A program made the translations under genes and the position numbers. 64,000 nucleotides of DNA from Eledone cirrhosa (taxonomy: Eukaryota), in the NCBI GenBank assembly GCA_964016885.1, contig OZ024746.1, positions 68,014,001 through 68,078,000 of the forward strand, written 5' to 3'. The notes under the pieces were generated by a model that saw only the letters and a list, made by a program, of their open reading frames with translations, did not search any database and was not told the DNA's origin. This document shows, one piece after another, positions 35,820 through 50,607 of this stretch (its first letter is position 1; every line of letters starts with the position of its first letter).

Positions 35820-36215
35820 AGGCACATGGCTTAGTGGTTAGAGCATTGGGCTTGCAATCGAAAGGTTGTGAGTTCAATCTCAGACCGGGGTGATGTGTTG
35901 TTTCCTTGAGCAAGACACTTTATTTCACATTGCTCCAGTTTACTCAGCTGTAGAAATGAGATGATAGGGACTGGGGTCCATATCATTCCACTGCAAAGTG
36001 GTCGTGGAGGTGCCACGGTAAAAAGCACCCAGCACTCACTGTAAATGAGGTTGGTGTTAGGAAGGGCATCCAGCTCTAGAAATCAAGCCAGAATCAGTTC
36101 GCAAGAGAAGGTCAGCTGACCGGACACTGCCCACAACAGGACAACCCGTCTAACCCATGCTACAAGACGTAAAAGGAACAGACGTAAAAAGGTGATGATG
36201 ATGATGATGATGATG
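35820..36215 (+). mobile_element. tRNA-head CORE-type SINE (family S2) with RTE-type tail
   Basis: A box TGGCTTAGTGG, B box GAGTTCAATC, CORE-like TCCTTGAGCAAGACACTT, body shared with RTE-B 3' UTR, (GAT)n tail. Confidence 0.88.
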
Positions 36216-36299
36216 ACATCATTATTTATTTTATATCCTGTACTAATCATGTTGCATTGGTATTTATTATTAAAATAGTATTACACATTCAAATATGAC

Positions 36300-36490
36300 C
36301 CAAATGCAGTGGAAGGAAGATGCAGTAGAAGACCAAGAAAGACCTGGGTGGAGATGGTGACATCTGATCTCAAATCACTGAAACTCACAGAGGGGAAGAT
36401 GAAGGAATGTGTCGAGTGGAGAGATGTTGTGCTGAAAAAGACCTGTTCAACCCATGCAACCATGGAACAGTTGACATGAAATGATGATGC
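36300..36490 (+). mobile_element. RTE family A 3' end fragment
   Basis: VEGRCSRRPRKTWVEMVTSDLKSLKLTE..WRDVVL; GAT tail. Confidence 0.8.
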
Positions 36491-36597
36491 CGATGAAGGG
36501 AAAAAGCAGTAAAATAAATAGTCATAGTCAGTGATAATGTAATTTGAAATCTGGCAGGTTGATAGAGGACAGGAACATATATTATATCTCTATTTCT

Positions 36598-36955
36598 TTA
36601 ACCCTTTAGCATTCACATTACTCAATATTTACTATTATATTTTCACAGTAAAGACTTTACCTCATATAATTATTTTATGCGATCGAATCTCTGAAATTTT
36701 TATATTATTTTGGCAGTATCGGTAGAGGGTTGGACGCCATGCTTTCTAGCATAGTTACGTCCCTTTACAGTCTGAGTTCAAATCCCATCGAGGTTAACTT
36801 TGCCTTTCATCCTTATGGGGTCGATAAAATAAAGTACCAGTAATGTACTGGGTAATTGCTGGCCTTGTGCCTAAAGTAGAAACAATTATTTATTTTGAGA
36901 ACAATACATTAGTATGAGCGGCCAGTTACAACCGGTTTGAATGCTAAAGTGTTAG
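36598..36955 (-). mobile_element. piggyBac-type MITE interrupted by SINE S1
   Basis: TTAACCCTTTAGCATTC ... GAATGCTAAAGTGTTAG, opposite orientation to 47658-47885. Confidence 0.8.
36710..36885 (+). mobile_element. SINE S1 nested in a TTAA MITE
   Basis: S1 sequence interrupts the MITE at its ATTATTT motif. Confidence 0.85.
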
Positions 36956-37996
36956 ATGATCCCCTAAAAGGGTAAAGACCTTTTTGGGGTCACAAATGAC
37001 ATTGGGTTTTGCACCTAGTAAGTTCCTCTCTGAGGTACAAGCCTAGGCAAAGTGTTTTTGTGGAGACCAGCAGTTGCCCATGCATAATATGCATACCTTT
37101 CCATGCCACTGATGTTGTCCAAGGTAATTCAGCTTGGCACCAGTTACATCACAACTCATTTCTACAGTTGAGTGAACTGAAGCAACATGATATAGAGTGT
37201 GCTGCTCAAGGAAACAATACATCTCCTGGTCCGGGAATCAAACTCACAATCCCATGGGTTCACAGAGAATGCAATTTGATATCCGGCAGGTTGACAGAGA
37301 ACCAGAACATGTGTTATATCACTATTTCTATAAATGATCCACTATTACAAGAAATACGTGATATGTTGGGATTGTTTAATATATCAATTGCAATAGCTTC
37401 TCTGTCAAAGCTATTCATTTAACATCAGATTATCTAAGATGGCTGAACATTTCTTGTGTATTCAAGGCTTGTAATGTCAATGCAACACTTAGTTCTGTGT
37501 TGCTGCTGCTACTACTACCACCACAACCACTACTACTATTATTACTGCCTCTACCACCACTTTTACAACTATTACTACCTCTACTATTACTACTACTACT
37601 AGCAACTGTTATGATTTTTCTACTACAGTTTACATAAAGCTAAAATTTAATCAATAAACCTAAAACAAAACCAAGAACACATATCCATACATGTATAGTT
37701 GTCGTAGTTGTAGTTTTCACACAGTTCAGAGTAGTTTTATGTAAGGAGGGAGAAGAGTGTGGTGAGAAGGATAGATGTGAGGTAAAAAGAGTGGACTAAA
37801 AGAAGCTGAATGAAGGAAATCAGACCATAATAAACAAAATAAAATTTGGTATACATTTTGTTTAATTTTTTATCTATAATGCCTCTACTAGTTTTGCAGC
37901 TTTAAATATCCATTTTGCAGTTTGATGAGTCTTTCACTTGATGTCATAAAAAATTTAAAACTATAAACTTTTCACTTTGGATTAAAGAATACTGTT

Positions 37997-38201
37997 ATTG
38001 TTTCTACTTCTAGCAAAAGGCCAGCAATTTGAAGAAAAAAGAGAAAGTCGATTAAATTGAACCACAGTGCATCACTCGTACTTTATTTTATCAACCATGT
38101 AAGGATGAAATGCAAAGCTAACCTTGGCGGGATTTAAGCTCAGGATTTAAAGGGCTGTAGCTATATGCCACAAAGCACTGATACTGCCAATCCACCATCC
38201 T
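37997..38201 (-). mobile_element. SINE S1 (longer subfamily)
   Basis: Same ends plus internal GTCGATTAAAT segment; similar copies at ~40400-40605, 44364-44468, 47200-47345. Confidence 0.8.
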
Positions 38202-41128
38202 CAAGAAATAATATTAGAAACAGCATTTATTCCTTTTACAGAAATAATCCTCCCAATTCCTATAAAAATTGTAGTAAAGTGTTTTAATTAATATTCTTTT
38301 AAATCAAATTATTCGGCTTAACATGGATAAAGTCATTGAATTGTCTGGAAAGGAAGTTGGGAAACTAAATTCAAGACCTCTCTCAGATTCTTTGACTGAC
38401 AATGAATACAATTCTAAATGGTTTCAACTGATATTGATAAATGACTGACCTTTGAGAACTAAAATGATAATCAGTTTGGGAATTCTATCAAAATTCCAAA
38501 CACTAACCAATGTATTTTAATTTTAGAATAACTAAAGGAATTTTTCAAAAACCTTTACTGTCTAAATTAATTTAATTTATTTCAATTCATTCTTTCTTCA
38601 TTATTCCAAAAAGACTGGTAAAGTAAATATATTTCTCACCTACGAAAAACTATTCATTATATTTTTGTAAAAAAACTTCTACTTAAATATTGTTCGTCAA
38701 ATCTATGGAAACAAGTAATCAAAAAATATCATTTATTCCAAAAATATCAATTTTATAAAAAATAGTTCTCGACGAGATTTCTTTTCATTGAAATATATTC
38801 TTTCTTTTACAAATAATGATAGCAACATTCTTTTATTCTTTTACTTATTTCAGTCATTAAAATGCAGTCATACAAGGATACTAAGCTTTTATTCACTTTT
38901 AGATTTTGCAACTATGTAACTTTGCATTTGATTCCACAGTGTGGTACATTGGGCAAGCAAAGTCATGAATGAAATTTGATAGAGTGAAACTGTGTGCAAG
39001 TCTATCAGAAGCATCGCTTCTTTCTTGGGTGGTAAAATTAATTCATTGACTAATTTTAAAAACACTATCAGGTTCTTGGGTGCCTTTAGCAATGCTGTCT
39101 GTTTTGCTAGCATTCTACCTGATCTTCAATCTGAGGATAATTTTCTATCTTCTTTTCATTAGTATCAGATCTCAAAATAAACATGGACATTGTCTTTTCA
39201 CATCTGACTCAGCAATTAAAAATGAAAAACCCACAGCTATCACATTTTTTATTGATTTTGGTATAGCCTCAGATTTAGATATTAAAGTTTGTAAAAATAT
39301 TATCACTTCAATGAAAACCAATGACAACAATGATGCTAACACTGTTATCTTACTTAAAGGGTTTTCTCATTTCTTTAAACTTCAGCTGAAGGTCAAAGTC
39401 AAGATCAACTAGCTTGTTAATTATTCTAGAAAAATCTTCCACTTTCATTGAATATTACTGTGCTATGAAATATTTAGCTCTATGCTATTACAATTTCAGC
39501 TAATGTCCAATAACTTATTAGCCTACAGAAATAAAAAATTAATGATTGTTTATTTCTCTATTTATCTGCAACAAAATCAATAGGTTAACAAGCAATTATG
39601 AAATAGATTTATTACCTATTTGATATTATTGCTAATATTAATGACTATGTCAATAGATGTCATTAACCTAAAACATTGTTATAATTTGGGGTGTGTCTTT
39701 AGGTGTGAGGAGAGATATCAGGATGGAATGGTAAACAATATATTTGCTAATATATGATTTACATAGGTTATCATAATATTCTTGTGATGCTCAGATGTTT
39801 TTCTGAAAGATATCCCCTTCTCCAACAATTTATATATGTTTTAATGTTTCTGATGATAGAAAAGAAATGTAAAGTTGTGTTAAGGTGATTTATTCGTTTT
39901 TATGCTCAAATCTTAGTCTGTGGTTTTACTCCTATATATTAAAATGCAGATTAATCTTTTTTTATTTACCATTTTTTTCATATTTCATTTATTGAAGCAG
40001 GTGTAAGAGTAATAAAAATGTCTTAAATTCCTTCATAATTCCTGTATTTATTATTTAAGTACTTTCTGTACTTACACTTATACAATACTTTCGATTTGTT
40101 TATCCAAAGTTTTAAGTCCTGATTCCATGTCGATTATACTGTGAATGAATACATTTGTTCTATTTACTGATTGTAGAATAATATTGAGCTTGAAAGTTTC
40201 TTGACATAACTTTACCATCTTCCTTTTTCAACAGTTTACTATTGTTTTATCATTATTATCCTAATTCAAGATTACCAATACCTATTTCTACATAATCACA
40301 GATAAAAAGTTTGATTCAAGTTCATCTTACATTTTCCAATAATTTAACCAGACAGGGTTAACATTTTTTTTCTTAAAACTAAAATCTGCACATGTTAGTA
40401 TGGGAAAAGTACTGTAATTTGAAGGAGAGGGGATAGTCGATTAAATCGACCCAGTGCATTACTGGTACTTTATTTTATCGACCCTGTAAAGATGAAAGGC
40501 AAAGCTAACCTTGGTGGGATTTGAACTCAGAACGTAAAGATCTGTAACTCTATGCTGCAAAGCATGTTGTTTGGTGCTCTACTGATTCTGCCAATCGACC
40601 ACCCTAGAAATACCTATTAATAAAAGGCATTCTAACTTTGATTGACCATCCCACCTGTTTAGGAGAATCTAACAGAACTACACTATCTTGTGTGTCCTTT
40701 TAAGAGATTGGAGTGTAATTTGAGACAATTTGGTTGTTATGTCTAGCATGTAGAGTGATCACAAAGAGGCATCATGGCAGCTGATAACAATTTGATTGAT
40801 TGCATATTTGTTGACATAATTTCATTGTAATATAACGTGGATAACAGCTAATGAATCTTCTGCAATTCATTCTGTCTTTTATTAGCCTTTTTATCTTTTT
40901 ATCTGTTCCTTTTTTTGTTTCTTTTTCTTTCTACTTCTCCCATGTGGACTAAGGAGAATGGTTAAATATGATAGTGGAAGACACATTAATAAAGCGAGAG
41001 TTTAGAAAAGACAGATTACTAGAAGCTGACAAGGAAAGATAAACACTGAAATCTAATTAGCAAGAATCTCCTCTTCACTGAGACATTTGCAATTCTAAAT
41101 AGAATTTTTTAGAGTTATTTTTTTAGAT

Positions 41129-41144
41129 TATATATATATATAAC

Positions 41145-41212
<68 letters not shown>
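41129..41212. repeat. (TA)n microsatellite
   Basis: Direct inspection. Confidence 0.95.
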
Positions 41213-41215
<3 letters not shown>

Positions 41216-41829
41216 GTGTTTTCTTCTTTACTATTATTATTATTTAACAAACTAGCTGTCCATTAAATGATATTCCCATTCAACACAGGGAGATACAATC
41301 CTAGAAAATTTGATTTAAAATAAAGCAGAAACAATATAATGGATTGCAATAGAATTAAATAAAATAAAGAGACAAGACATTAAAATAATATAAATGAAAA
41401 TGTCTGCCGGCCTGAATATCATAAATATTTAAAGATTTAATGAGAATAATAAAAATAAAAGACAACATACTAAGTGCCTAACAGATGCTTAAAGGCAACC
41501 ACAAATGATACTAGAAACTCCATAACAACCTAATAAAAAATAATAAACCAAGATCTATCAAAACAAAAGAAAATGTATTATAACAATAGCTGTTTTTTTT
41601 TTTTATTTCTAATAGTAGAATTAAATATGCATATTAAACACACATATGTATGCATAAACATATACACATTCATTTTTTTTTGTGAGTTCTAAAGGAAGGG
41701 GCAGTGTTCATAGCCATTACAGACCCTCCAGCACTGGTAAGACTGGTGCCACTAATATTCTGCATCATGATCATTATGGTCCCCTAACCCTTTTCGGGGT
41801 CGTTGGGGCACTGTTGGGCGTTGCAACAA

Positions 41830-42125
41830 CTGTTTCCATCTCTGACAGTCATGGGCGAGTACTTAGGTTGTGGCAAAGTTCTTCCCTGTCCACTCAACTA
41901 TGTTATCTGTCCACCGTTTCCTCTGCCTGCCTCGCTTTCTCTTCCCCTGCACTGTTCCCTTGAGAATCATCTTTGCGAGTCTGTCTGATCCTGTTACATG
42001 TCCATACCACCTCAGCTTCCTCCTCTTCACCATGGTCAGCAGATCTTCAAAGTCACTCACATGCTGAGTCATTCTTCTGTGGACTTCCTCATTCAAGATA
42101 TGCTCTGTGTAGGAGATTCACAGGA
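41830..42125 (-). mobile_element. RTE (BovB-like) LINE 3' fragment
   Basis: NEEV...EDLLTMVKRRKLRWYGHVTGSDRLAKMILKGTVQGKRKRGRQRKRWTDNIVEWTG. Confidence 0.85.
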
Positions 42126-43744
42126 TTATGAACAAACACACACGATAGGATTCTATACAGTTCCATCAACCAATTTTCATTCACAAAGTACTGAGACAAC
42201 CTGAGACTATAGTAGAAGAGACTTGTTCCAGATTCCACACAGTGGGCTTAAATCCCAAACCATATGGTTGCAAAGTAAACTTTTAACAACACATTCATGT
42301 TTGTCCTCAAACAAGGAAATTAGTTTTGGAAGCAAGACAATATGTATCTAACTATGCAATAAACATATGTTAACATATATCCACAACGTTTCAGCTGTGG
42401 TATCAAAGCTTCTGTATTTGTTCACTCTAAAGAGGTGTAAGTATCTGAATTACTGAATTTTTCACACCTCCCAGCAACTCATTTTTTTCTCTACAAGCTT
42501 TTATGTATTCATTTCAACATGAAAATGTATGATGCTCCTGTCTGTAACAAGTAAGCTATGTGAGCAAACTACAAATTTCTATGCTGCAAAGCTGGATCAC
42601 CTAGATGGTAGCCTGAATTTAAAGGAGCCTCTACATAATAATTTGATCTGCTTGAAATGGCAGCCTAATTTTCCTCAAACCACTTCTGCCGTCTTAAAAA
42701 AAGGATAGATGTATTGGACATCTATGTGTGGGGTGAAGTAAGATTTAAAGTCCAATATCTGATAAATTCATAAAATGGTAAAATATGAGAAAACTAAAGA
42801 TATTGCAAAGATTAAGATATCTTCTGTTCTCATAAAAACAGTGGCCTACCAGAGATACAAGACTTACAAATAACAAACCATATTGAGCTAACAAAAATAA
42901 TATTTATAGGTAAAATGTTAACTTTCTGTCAGCATTTTCTGAAAACACTTTTCTATTTATTAACACTCTTGGTACCAAACCACCTGAAACTGCCCATTGT
43001 TTTATATATACTGCCTATATCAAAACATTCATATTTATGTTAAAATTTCTATTAATTGTATATTATGTAAGAAACTTAGTTAATTCTCAGACATCAGCTT
43101 CATAATGATAAAGTTTGTTTATTTTACTAAACCCTTCCAAACTCTTTATTCTTTACAACATTAACTGAAAAACATTGCTTGTATATTTCCTTAGATATAT
43201 TCGAACAAAATGGTTGAATAGTTAAAAAATAGAATAGAAATCTTTGCCATTATTATTCTGTCAATGACTCTTTCAAATATTTTTTATTCACTCTTAAAAA
43301 AAAACAAAAAAACTTATTCTTTCAAGAATTCCTTTGCGATCTCTTTCAAATGTTATTTATTTACTTAACTTGCAGTATTAAACTGAATTGAAGGCAAAAT
43401 CTTTGAAACGGAATCTGTATGTGTTTATAGGGGAAATAAAAGTTAAATTAAATGACATAAGTAAAATAAGAAAAACAAATATTATGTACAATATTTTACC
43501 AAAAGAATAGAAAACAATACAACTGATATTCTCTGCCCTGCAACATAAAGCCAATAAGAAGTGACTTTACATAGTTAAGTTCTGCATCAGCAAAAACTAA
43601 CACAATTTTACAAAAGCATAAAATGAAAGGAGCCAGTAATCAGATCAGTCAAATAAAACTGTTTCCATTTGTCTTTCCATTGCTGATACAATTTGTTAGT
43701 CCACATATATAATATAGAATGTTACACGATGCCCCCCCCCCCCT

Positions 43745-44005
43745 ACAGCCCCGGCTGACAGGATGGAGAAGGCGTTTCCCCAGAGGACGGCAAGGGAGAC
43801 ATGTTGGAAAAGCCACTCCAACTCATGGGGTTCACACCTGCAGCTGGCCAGCTCAGCGCCTATGGTGGTGAGTAGGGAGGTAGCCCTAGGGCTGAGGACA
43901 CCAGAAGTCTCCACTGCCAGGGGTACAACCACAAGCCTGTTGGAGAGCGACCGGTATTTGAGGAGTTTGGCCTCCTCAGCCCGACGTGCAGTCACAACTC
44001 CAGGC
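43745..44005 (-). mobile_element. CRE-clade non-LTR retrotransposon, restriction-like endonuclease C-terminal fragment
   Basis: AEEAKLLKY...VVVPLAVETSG...WLFQHVSLAVLWGNA matches the AE..K..KY / P.AVET.G / Q..S.A..RGNA pattern of CRE RLE domains. Confidence 0.75.
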
Positions 44006-47000
44006 ATCATCATGTATCTGGTGCCAGCAAGTGTGATTTGAATTCAAAATACACAGTGCCAGAACAGGTGTCTGACTCTTTAAAAATGCTGCCACTCCTC
44101 CACTTTGAATTGGTAATTTCTTTATAACCCATGCTAGCGTGGAAGAACGGACATAAAACGGTGATGATGATGATGATCATCATGATGATCATGATGACCT
44201 CAGAAGGATGAAAGCCAAAGTTGACTGATGTCTTTAATCCAATGCTCTAATGAATGTCAATTCAACAATAATTCAAGAAGTAGATTCAAGCTGCAGAAAA
44301 TATGTTTATGTTGCAAAGAAGAAGAGAGGTCTGATGAATTAGTTGGGTAAGAAATAATTGTTTCTACTTTTGGCACAAGGCCAGCAATTATACCAGTGTG
44401 TTACTGGTACTTTATTTTATCGACCCTGTAAGGATGAAAGGCAAAGTTAACCTCGACGGGGTTTGAACAAGAAATAATATCTACAAGATAGAGTCAAAAA
44501 TACAACTATGGAAGAAAAGCCAGGAATGTTGTGATATTTGACTATAGGAAAACTACTTTGGGATTGCTAGCATTGAAAATGAGAAATTTACATGATTATT
44601 ATCAGTATAGTTTGAAGATCTGAGAATTTGATAGCAAAAGAGAAAACATAATTTTAATTTGCAGTAAAATAGTTATCTAAGAATATCAATTTCTCAATCA
44701 AGTTAAAATTGAAAAGATGAAACAGACTCAGTTATATATAAAGAAGAAGAAAAATGGAAAATAGGAGATTATATAAAAATAAAAATTGAAGAAGACACTC
44801 TTGCAAGATGATTGGCTTCGGGGAATGTAGAATTGAATATATTAATAGTTTTGGAGAAATAGAAGAATATGCTGAAAGAAATGTGAACAAATAAAATACG
44901 AAAATTTGCTTATTTATCATAAGCTTCCTCATCAGAAATAAAAACTATAGAATGTTGAGATAATGTATTAAAACAGTTGAAGACATTGCTCTTTATCAAG
45001 AATTCCAGCTAGATCAAAGTTTCCATCTAAAGATATTTTTCATTACTCTTTATTCAATTATTTATCTATCATGTAGTGTGTTTATGAACATAAATATTTA
45101 TCTATCATCTAGTAGTGTTTATGAACATAAATATGGATATGTATAACACAGAAACAAATGTACATAATTTCATATCCATCTTATGAGCTAAAGTAATTCT
45201 GGTCATAGATCATTTATTCTCCTCACTGTCCTCTATCTTTCATTTCTTCTTTCATTCCTCATTCTATTTTCTGATGAAGGACTAGTGTTAAGATTCTTTC
45301 CCTGTTATATCAAGCATTAAATGTATCTTCATCTAATATTTATACATAGATATATTTTACAGATTGACAGATGGCATGGTTGTTAAAGTTGATTTATCTA
45401 CTATGACTATATTTGTTTATAGGTACAGTTTTATGGTTTGGTAGAATTGAAACAGAAATGAAGCGTTGGGTGATAACTCAAAAAAAGAAGAAAAAAAACA
45501 AAACAATATATATATATATATTGAAATGAGTTGTTGCACAAGAGTCCCAATTTATACAAATTGAAAATAGGTAATGAAATAGGAAAAAAGATAGAATCGT
45601 CTTTAGTAGACATGATTGGATGTGTAATATATGTTGAATTAATAAATGTCACATGCTGGTAGTAAAGTGAGGTTAAAGTTTAGGAAAATTTAGCGGATGT
45701 TATTTTCATTAGATCTACATTTCGCCTTAGCAAATAAAATGTTCTATGCTTGCAATGGCAAATTGACTCTCAAAGTCCAAACCTTCTCATCATAGAATGG
45801 ATGTTAAATGATAATGATGATGATAACACTGTAATAGTTGAGTTCATTACTAATATAAATGAATAAATGTCAAGAATTGTCCCCACTAAATCTATTCTTT
45901 ATTTGCATTAACCAGTGTGTTTAATATCTTTCCAGAACCACAGGTATTTCATTCAATGGCATTCTATGTATCTCAAAGATATAATTTTTACCTGTATTCA
46001 ATTTATCAAACATTATGGTATATTCAATAAAACGTTTATCATAATATAATTATAATTCCTTCATAATTCTCTCAATGGTGACAGCTCATTCATATACTTG
46101 ATTTTGTTTGTGTTTAAAGCTGAAATATATTAATAATTTAAGGGTTAGAGCAGGAGCTGTAGAGTAGCAAGTTTCAGTTTTCAATTGATATAGTTTCAAT
46201 ACACTTATATCATTATTGCCATTGTAAAAGGCATGAACATCACAACATTCCATTTCATTACACTATATGAAGAGGTATCTAACAAAAAGAAAGTATACAT
46301 TTATAAGATACTTGTTTCTCTAGTCTTTTCATACTTTCTTTTGCCACTCTTTAATATTGACAATGTCTCACATCCGAGGAAATAATTCTAACTTTAAAGC
46401 ACAGAAATCATAGTGATCACCAGTAGTTAGCTGAGAAGTAAGGGATATATCCATGTTTTTCCATTGTCTATCCTTGTCGTATGTGCTCATATCTTGAAAT
46501 ATATTTATGGCTTTCACCAACATAGGCCTCTTGTGTCCTCTCTAAAACCAGACTACACACCACCTGTGACCCTTCATATTTCTTCCTCTAACCTAATCTT
46601 TCACCCCTCACAATTTCTTCTGTCTATCTATTTCTCTCCCTTTTACATTCTTGAACTCACCTTCATGTGCCTCTGTCTCTGCTAGATTCTTACTATCAAC
46701 ATTGTTATGCTGTTTTATCTGCAGAATAATGTCCAAGTTTATTTAATCTTTCTTCCCCATTACCATCATCATCATTTTACATTTGCTTTCCATGCTGCTA
46801 TGGGTTGAACAAGTTGTCACAGTTTGTGACTAGATGGGTCAGAAAACCACATCTCACGCATACATTCAATTTTTTGTCATAATTTCTATGGTTTGGTACC
46901 TTACCAAACACCAATCCCTTCACAACATGTGTTGAATGCATTATATCATGGCACCAGCTCTATAGACGTTATTATCTCTTCAGCAGGACTAAAGAGTGCT

Positions 47001-47657
47001 CTTTCTGTTTGATGTATGAAAATATTGTCAGTGGTACAACACTATCATCATAACAATTGTATTAATAATTGAATATTAACCTGTAGTCATTACAAAAGTG
47101 TAGTATATACCAATGAGTGAGCTGCAACATTGTAATTTGATCTGTCAGAAATAAAAGTCAGATCTCCCTCAAATGCCACTCTATGGCCTTAAATAATTTT
47201 TCTACTTTTTGCAGAAGGCCAGCAATTTGAAAGGAAAGGGAAATTCGATTAAATCAAACCCAGAGTATACTGGAACTTTATTTTATTGACCTAGTAAGGA
47301 TGAAAGACAAAACTAACTTCAGCAGGATTTGAACTCAGAACATGTGATTGCAGATACGGTATGTATACATATGTATATCTATTTGATAGTTTGTGTGGTT
47401 TCTTTAGTAAGGAATGTCAGTCTCCATGACATTTCTTAGGGCCTCCATGAACATGTCTTGCAGAAAAAAGATGGGAATTTATACAAAGACAGGAGACCTA
47501 GTCTAAGTGCTTACAGCAAGTCTTATTAAAAACACACAAAGAGCTAGGTAGTGGGGTTCAACTGGGTGATAAATTCACCATTTTGATACCAAACCATTTT
47601 AAAAGTCTTTATGCTTATAATAAAACCTTCATCATAATGGTATTTTAGAAATGTGTG

Positions 47658-47885
47658 TTAACCCTTTAGCATTTAAAGCAGCCATATCCAGCCAGAATTC
47701 TCTCACCTCTTTCTGTTCAAACTGGCTTTAACTAGCCCCTCGTACTGATGTCAAGTTATTGTTCTCAAAATAAATAATATCAAAATGTCATAGATTTGAT
47801 ATTATGTGGGATAATTATGGGCAAGCCTTTATCATGAAAATACAATACTACTATATATAGAGTAATGTAAATGCTAAAGGGTTAA
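47658..47885 (+). mobile_element. piggyBac-type MITE (TTAA TSD, 14-bp TIR)
   Basis: TTAA-CCCTTTAGCATTTA ... TAAATGCTAAAGGG-TTAA. Confidence 0.88.
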
Positions 47886-48109
47886 GTAATGTTCTAATAT
47901 TAGTTTTTATATTATAAAGTTTTGTTCATTTTCAAAATCAATTGATATACGTAAGCTGCATATTTCAATGGTAACAAGAATATCAACAGAATATCAACAG
48001 TAAACGACACTTGCTACTTGGGGGGATTGAACTTCACATCATGTATCAATGAAGCAAACTTATTAACCACACATCATTTCCCACAAATACATGTTTCTGC
48101 ATAAGTATG

Positions 48110-48700
48110 TATATGTGCATGCAGATAATATGTATGCATGTATAAATTCATTTGATCTTTGTTTGTGTTTGTATATGCCTTTGTATGGATATTGGATATA
48201 AATATAATGAGCATATATTCAATTGATGTTTGTACACACACAGATACACACATTTATATATATATATATATGTATAATGTATGGATATGTATATATACAT
48301 TTGATGTTTTTCTTTGTGTGTATGTGTATGTGATGTGCCTGGAGTTGATAATGTGCATATTTTATGGGCATTCATTTGAGGTTTGTGTGTGTATGTATGT
48401 GCATGCAGATAACGTGTGTATGCATGAGACTATCTATTTCATGTTTGTTTGTGTGAATATTTGTGTAGATATGCATGAGTATATTCATTTGATGTTTATT
48501 TGTCCATGCGTGTGTGAGTGTGTGTGAATGCATGTGTGTGAGTATGTGTGTGTGAGTATATGTGTGTGTGTGTGTATGTGTGTGTGTGAGTATATGTATG
48601 AGAATGCAAATATGTGTATGCCTGTGTATATCTATTTGATGTCTGTCTGTATGAATGTAAGTGTATATTGATGTGATGTTTGTGTGTGTGTGTGTGTGTG
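48110..48700. repeat. Degenerate GT/AT-rich simple repeat
   Basis: TGTGTATG-type motifs throughout. Confidence 0.85.
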
Positions 48701-49145
48701 AATGATAATAAGGTCAAAGAGTAACTGATGTAATATTTGGAAACAGTAATCTATGAAGACAAGTTAATTAAATATTAAATGTGAAAAAAAAATTAAGAGA
48801 TTACATGAAAACAGTGAGATAAAGAAGAGGAAGATACAAGAGGGGGAAGGATTTAGTGCTGTTTCAAGTGCAAGATGGAAAGATGGAAAAAAGTGTCAGA
48901 AAATTCAGATGAAACATAAAAGAACTCATCAATTATATGAAGTAAGGACCAGGGTTGCCAGATTAATTTAATAAAAAGTAACAAAGTTTTCAGAAAGTAG
49001 TGGATTGTATTAGAAAGTGTCACAATATTTCTGAGTAAATTATACACACACACATATATATATATATGTAAACACACACACACGCACACCCATATAAATA
49101 TATGTAAATACACATACACTCCTGTTTTTACCAAAACAATCTCTT

Positions 49146-49536
<391 letters not shown>

Positions 49537-49677
49537 GGTAGGTGCGTAATGATAGTTACAGGGGGTTTGCCAGTGAGATCATTCAATGGAGTTCCAAAGG
49601 ACCATCACATGTAAGGTTAATGCTTCTGTACAGCTAAGAGGAGTTAAAGGCAGCTGTAACCTGCAGAGTGTGAATAA

Positions 49678-49918
49678 AAGTAAGTAGGAACAAAGTCTCA
49701 AAGTTGCATCATATAGAAACCTTATTCACATATGACAATTGTTTCAGTATCGATCAGCTGAAGATGCAGTCATGATGACCTGAGCCTGACTCTGCATCAA
49801 CAGCTCATCAGTTATGTAGTTTTATATGTGGAGAATACTTGATGGATAACGAAATAATTGTCATATATGAATAAAGTTTATATATGATGCAGCCTTGACA
49901 CTTTGTTCTCGCTTACTT
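49678..49918. mobile_element. Small fold-back element (~80-bp diverged arms) with decayed hammerhead motifs
   Basis: 49678-49757 and 49839-49918 are imperfect reverse complements; minus strand reads ACATAA-CTGATGA-GCTG..GATGCAG...CTGCATC..CAGC-(11 nt)-GAAAC-AATT-GTC-ATATGT; plus arm reads TTGATGG..GAAATAATTGTC..AATAAA. Confidence 0.6.
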
Positions 49919-50607
49919 ATATATTTATATTAGCGACCTCCCAACCTTCACCTCATTCTGTACTGTGCTGAAATCTATTCATAAGGCATCTATTGTCATC
50001 TGTCATAATGTTCATTTTCCTTAGAATAAAATATGTTAAAAAGTATTTAAATATTGCATAACATAATCTTAAACATTTATTTAGAATAACTAACTACAGA
50101 CAGTATTGTTAGAATGTTGGATAAAATACTTTGTGGAATTCATTTTGAACTCTGCATTCAAATCCTATCAGAATCAACTTTACCTTTTATCATTTTGATG
50201 TTGATAAAGAAAATGTACCAACCTAGTACTAGGGTTGATTCTTCCTCTATATCTCTTTCTCACTCCCTCTCTCTTCTTCTCTAGAAGATATTGGCTATGT
50301 TCCACCCTGAAGAAGAGATGGGCTCCACCAGGTTTAAAAACACACATCAGGCATAATAGATCCATATATACATACCATTAAAACAATAACTAACTTGTTA
50401 TGTTTACAGTTCAGAATGTTTTCAAGACTTCTATTCAGGGAAGCAGTGCAAGTCTAGCATAAGCTTCCTTAGTTATGAGTAGATAATGCCTATACAGAAT
50501 ATAAAGGGATATTGAAGAGTAGTGATATTATCTTGAAACTGGATTACCTATCATCAAAACTAATGGAACACATTCATAAGTGTGCAACATAACAATACTT
50601 GAACTGA

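Noticed and set aside
35820-35890. tRNA gene
   Set aside because: A/B boxes continue into SINE body; no cloverleaf or T-run terminator.
44320-44378. CTGATGA...GAAATAATTGTT hammerhead candidate
   Set aside because: The GAAA part belongs to the TSD/end of an inserted SINE; coincidental.
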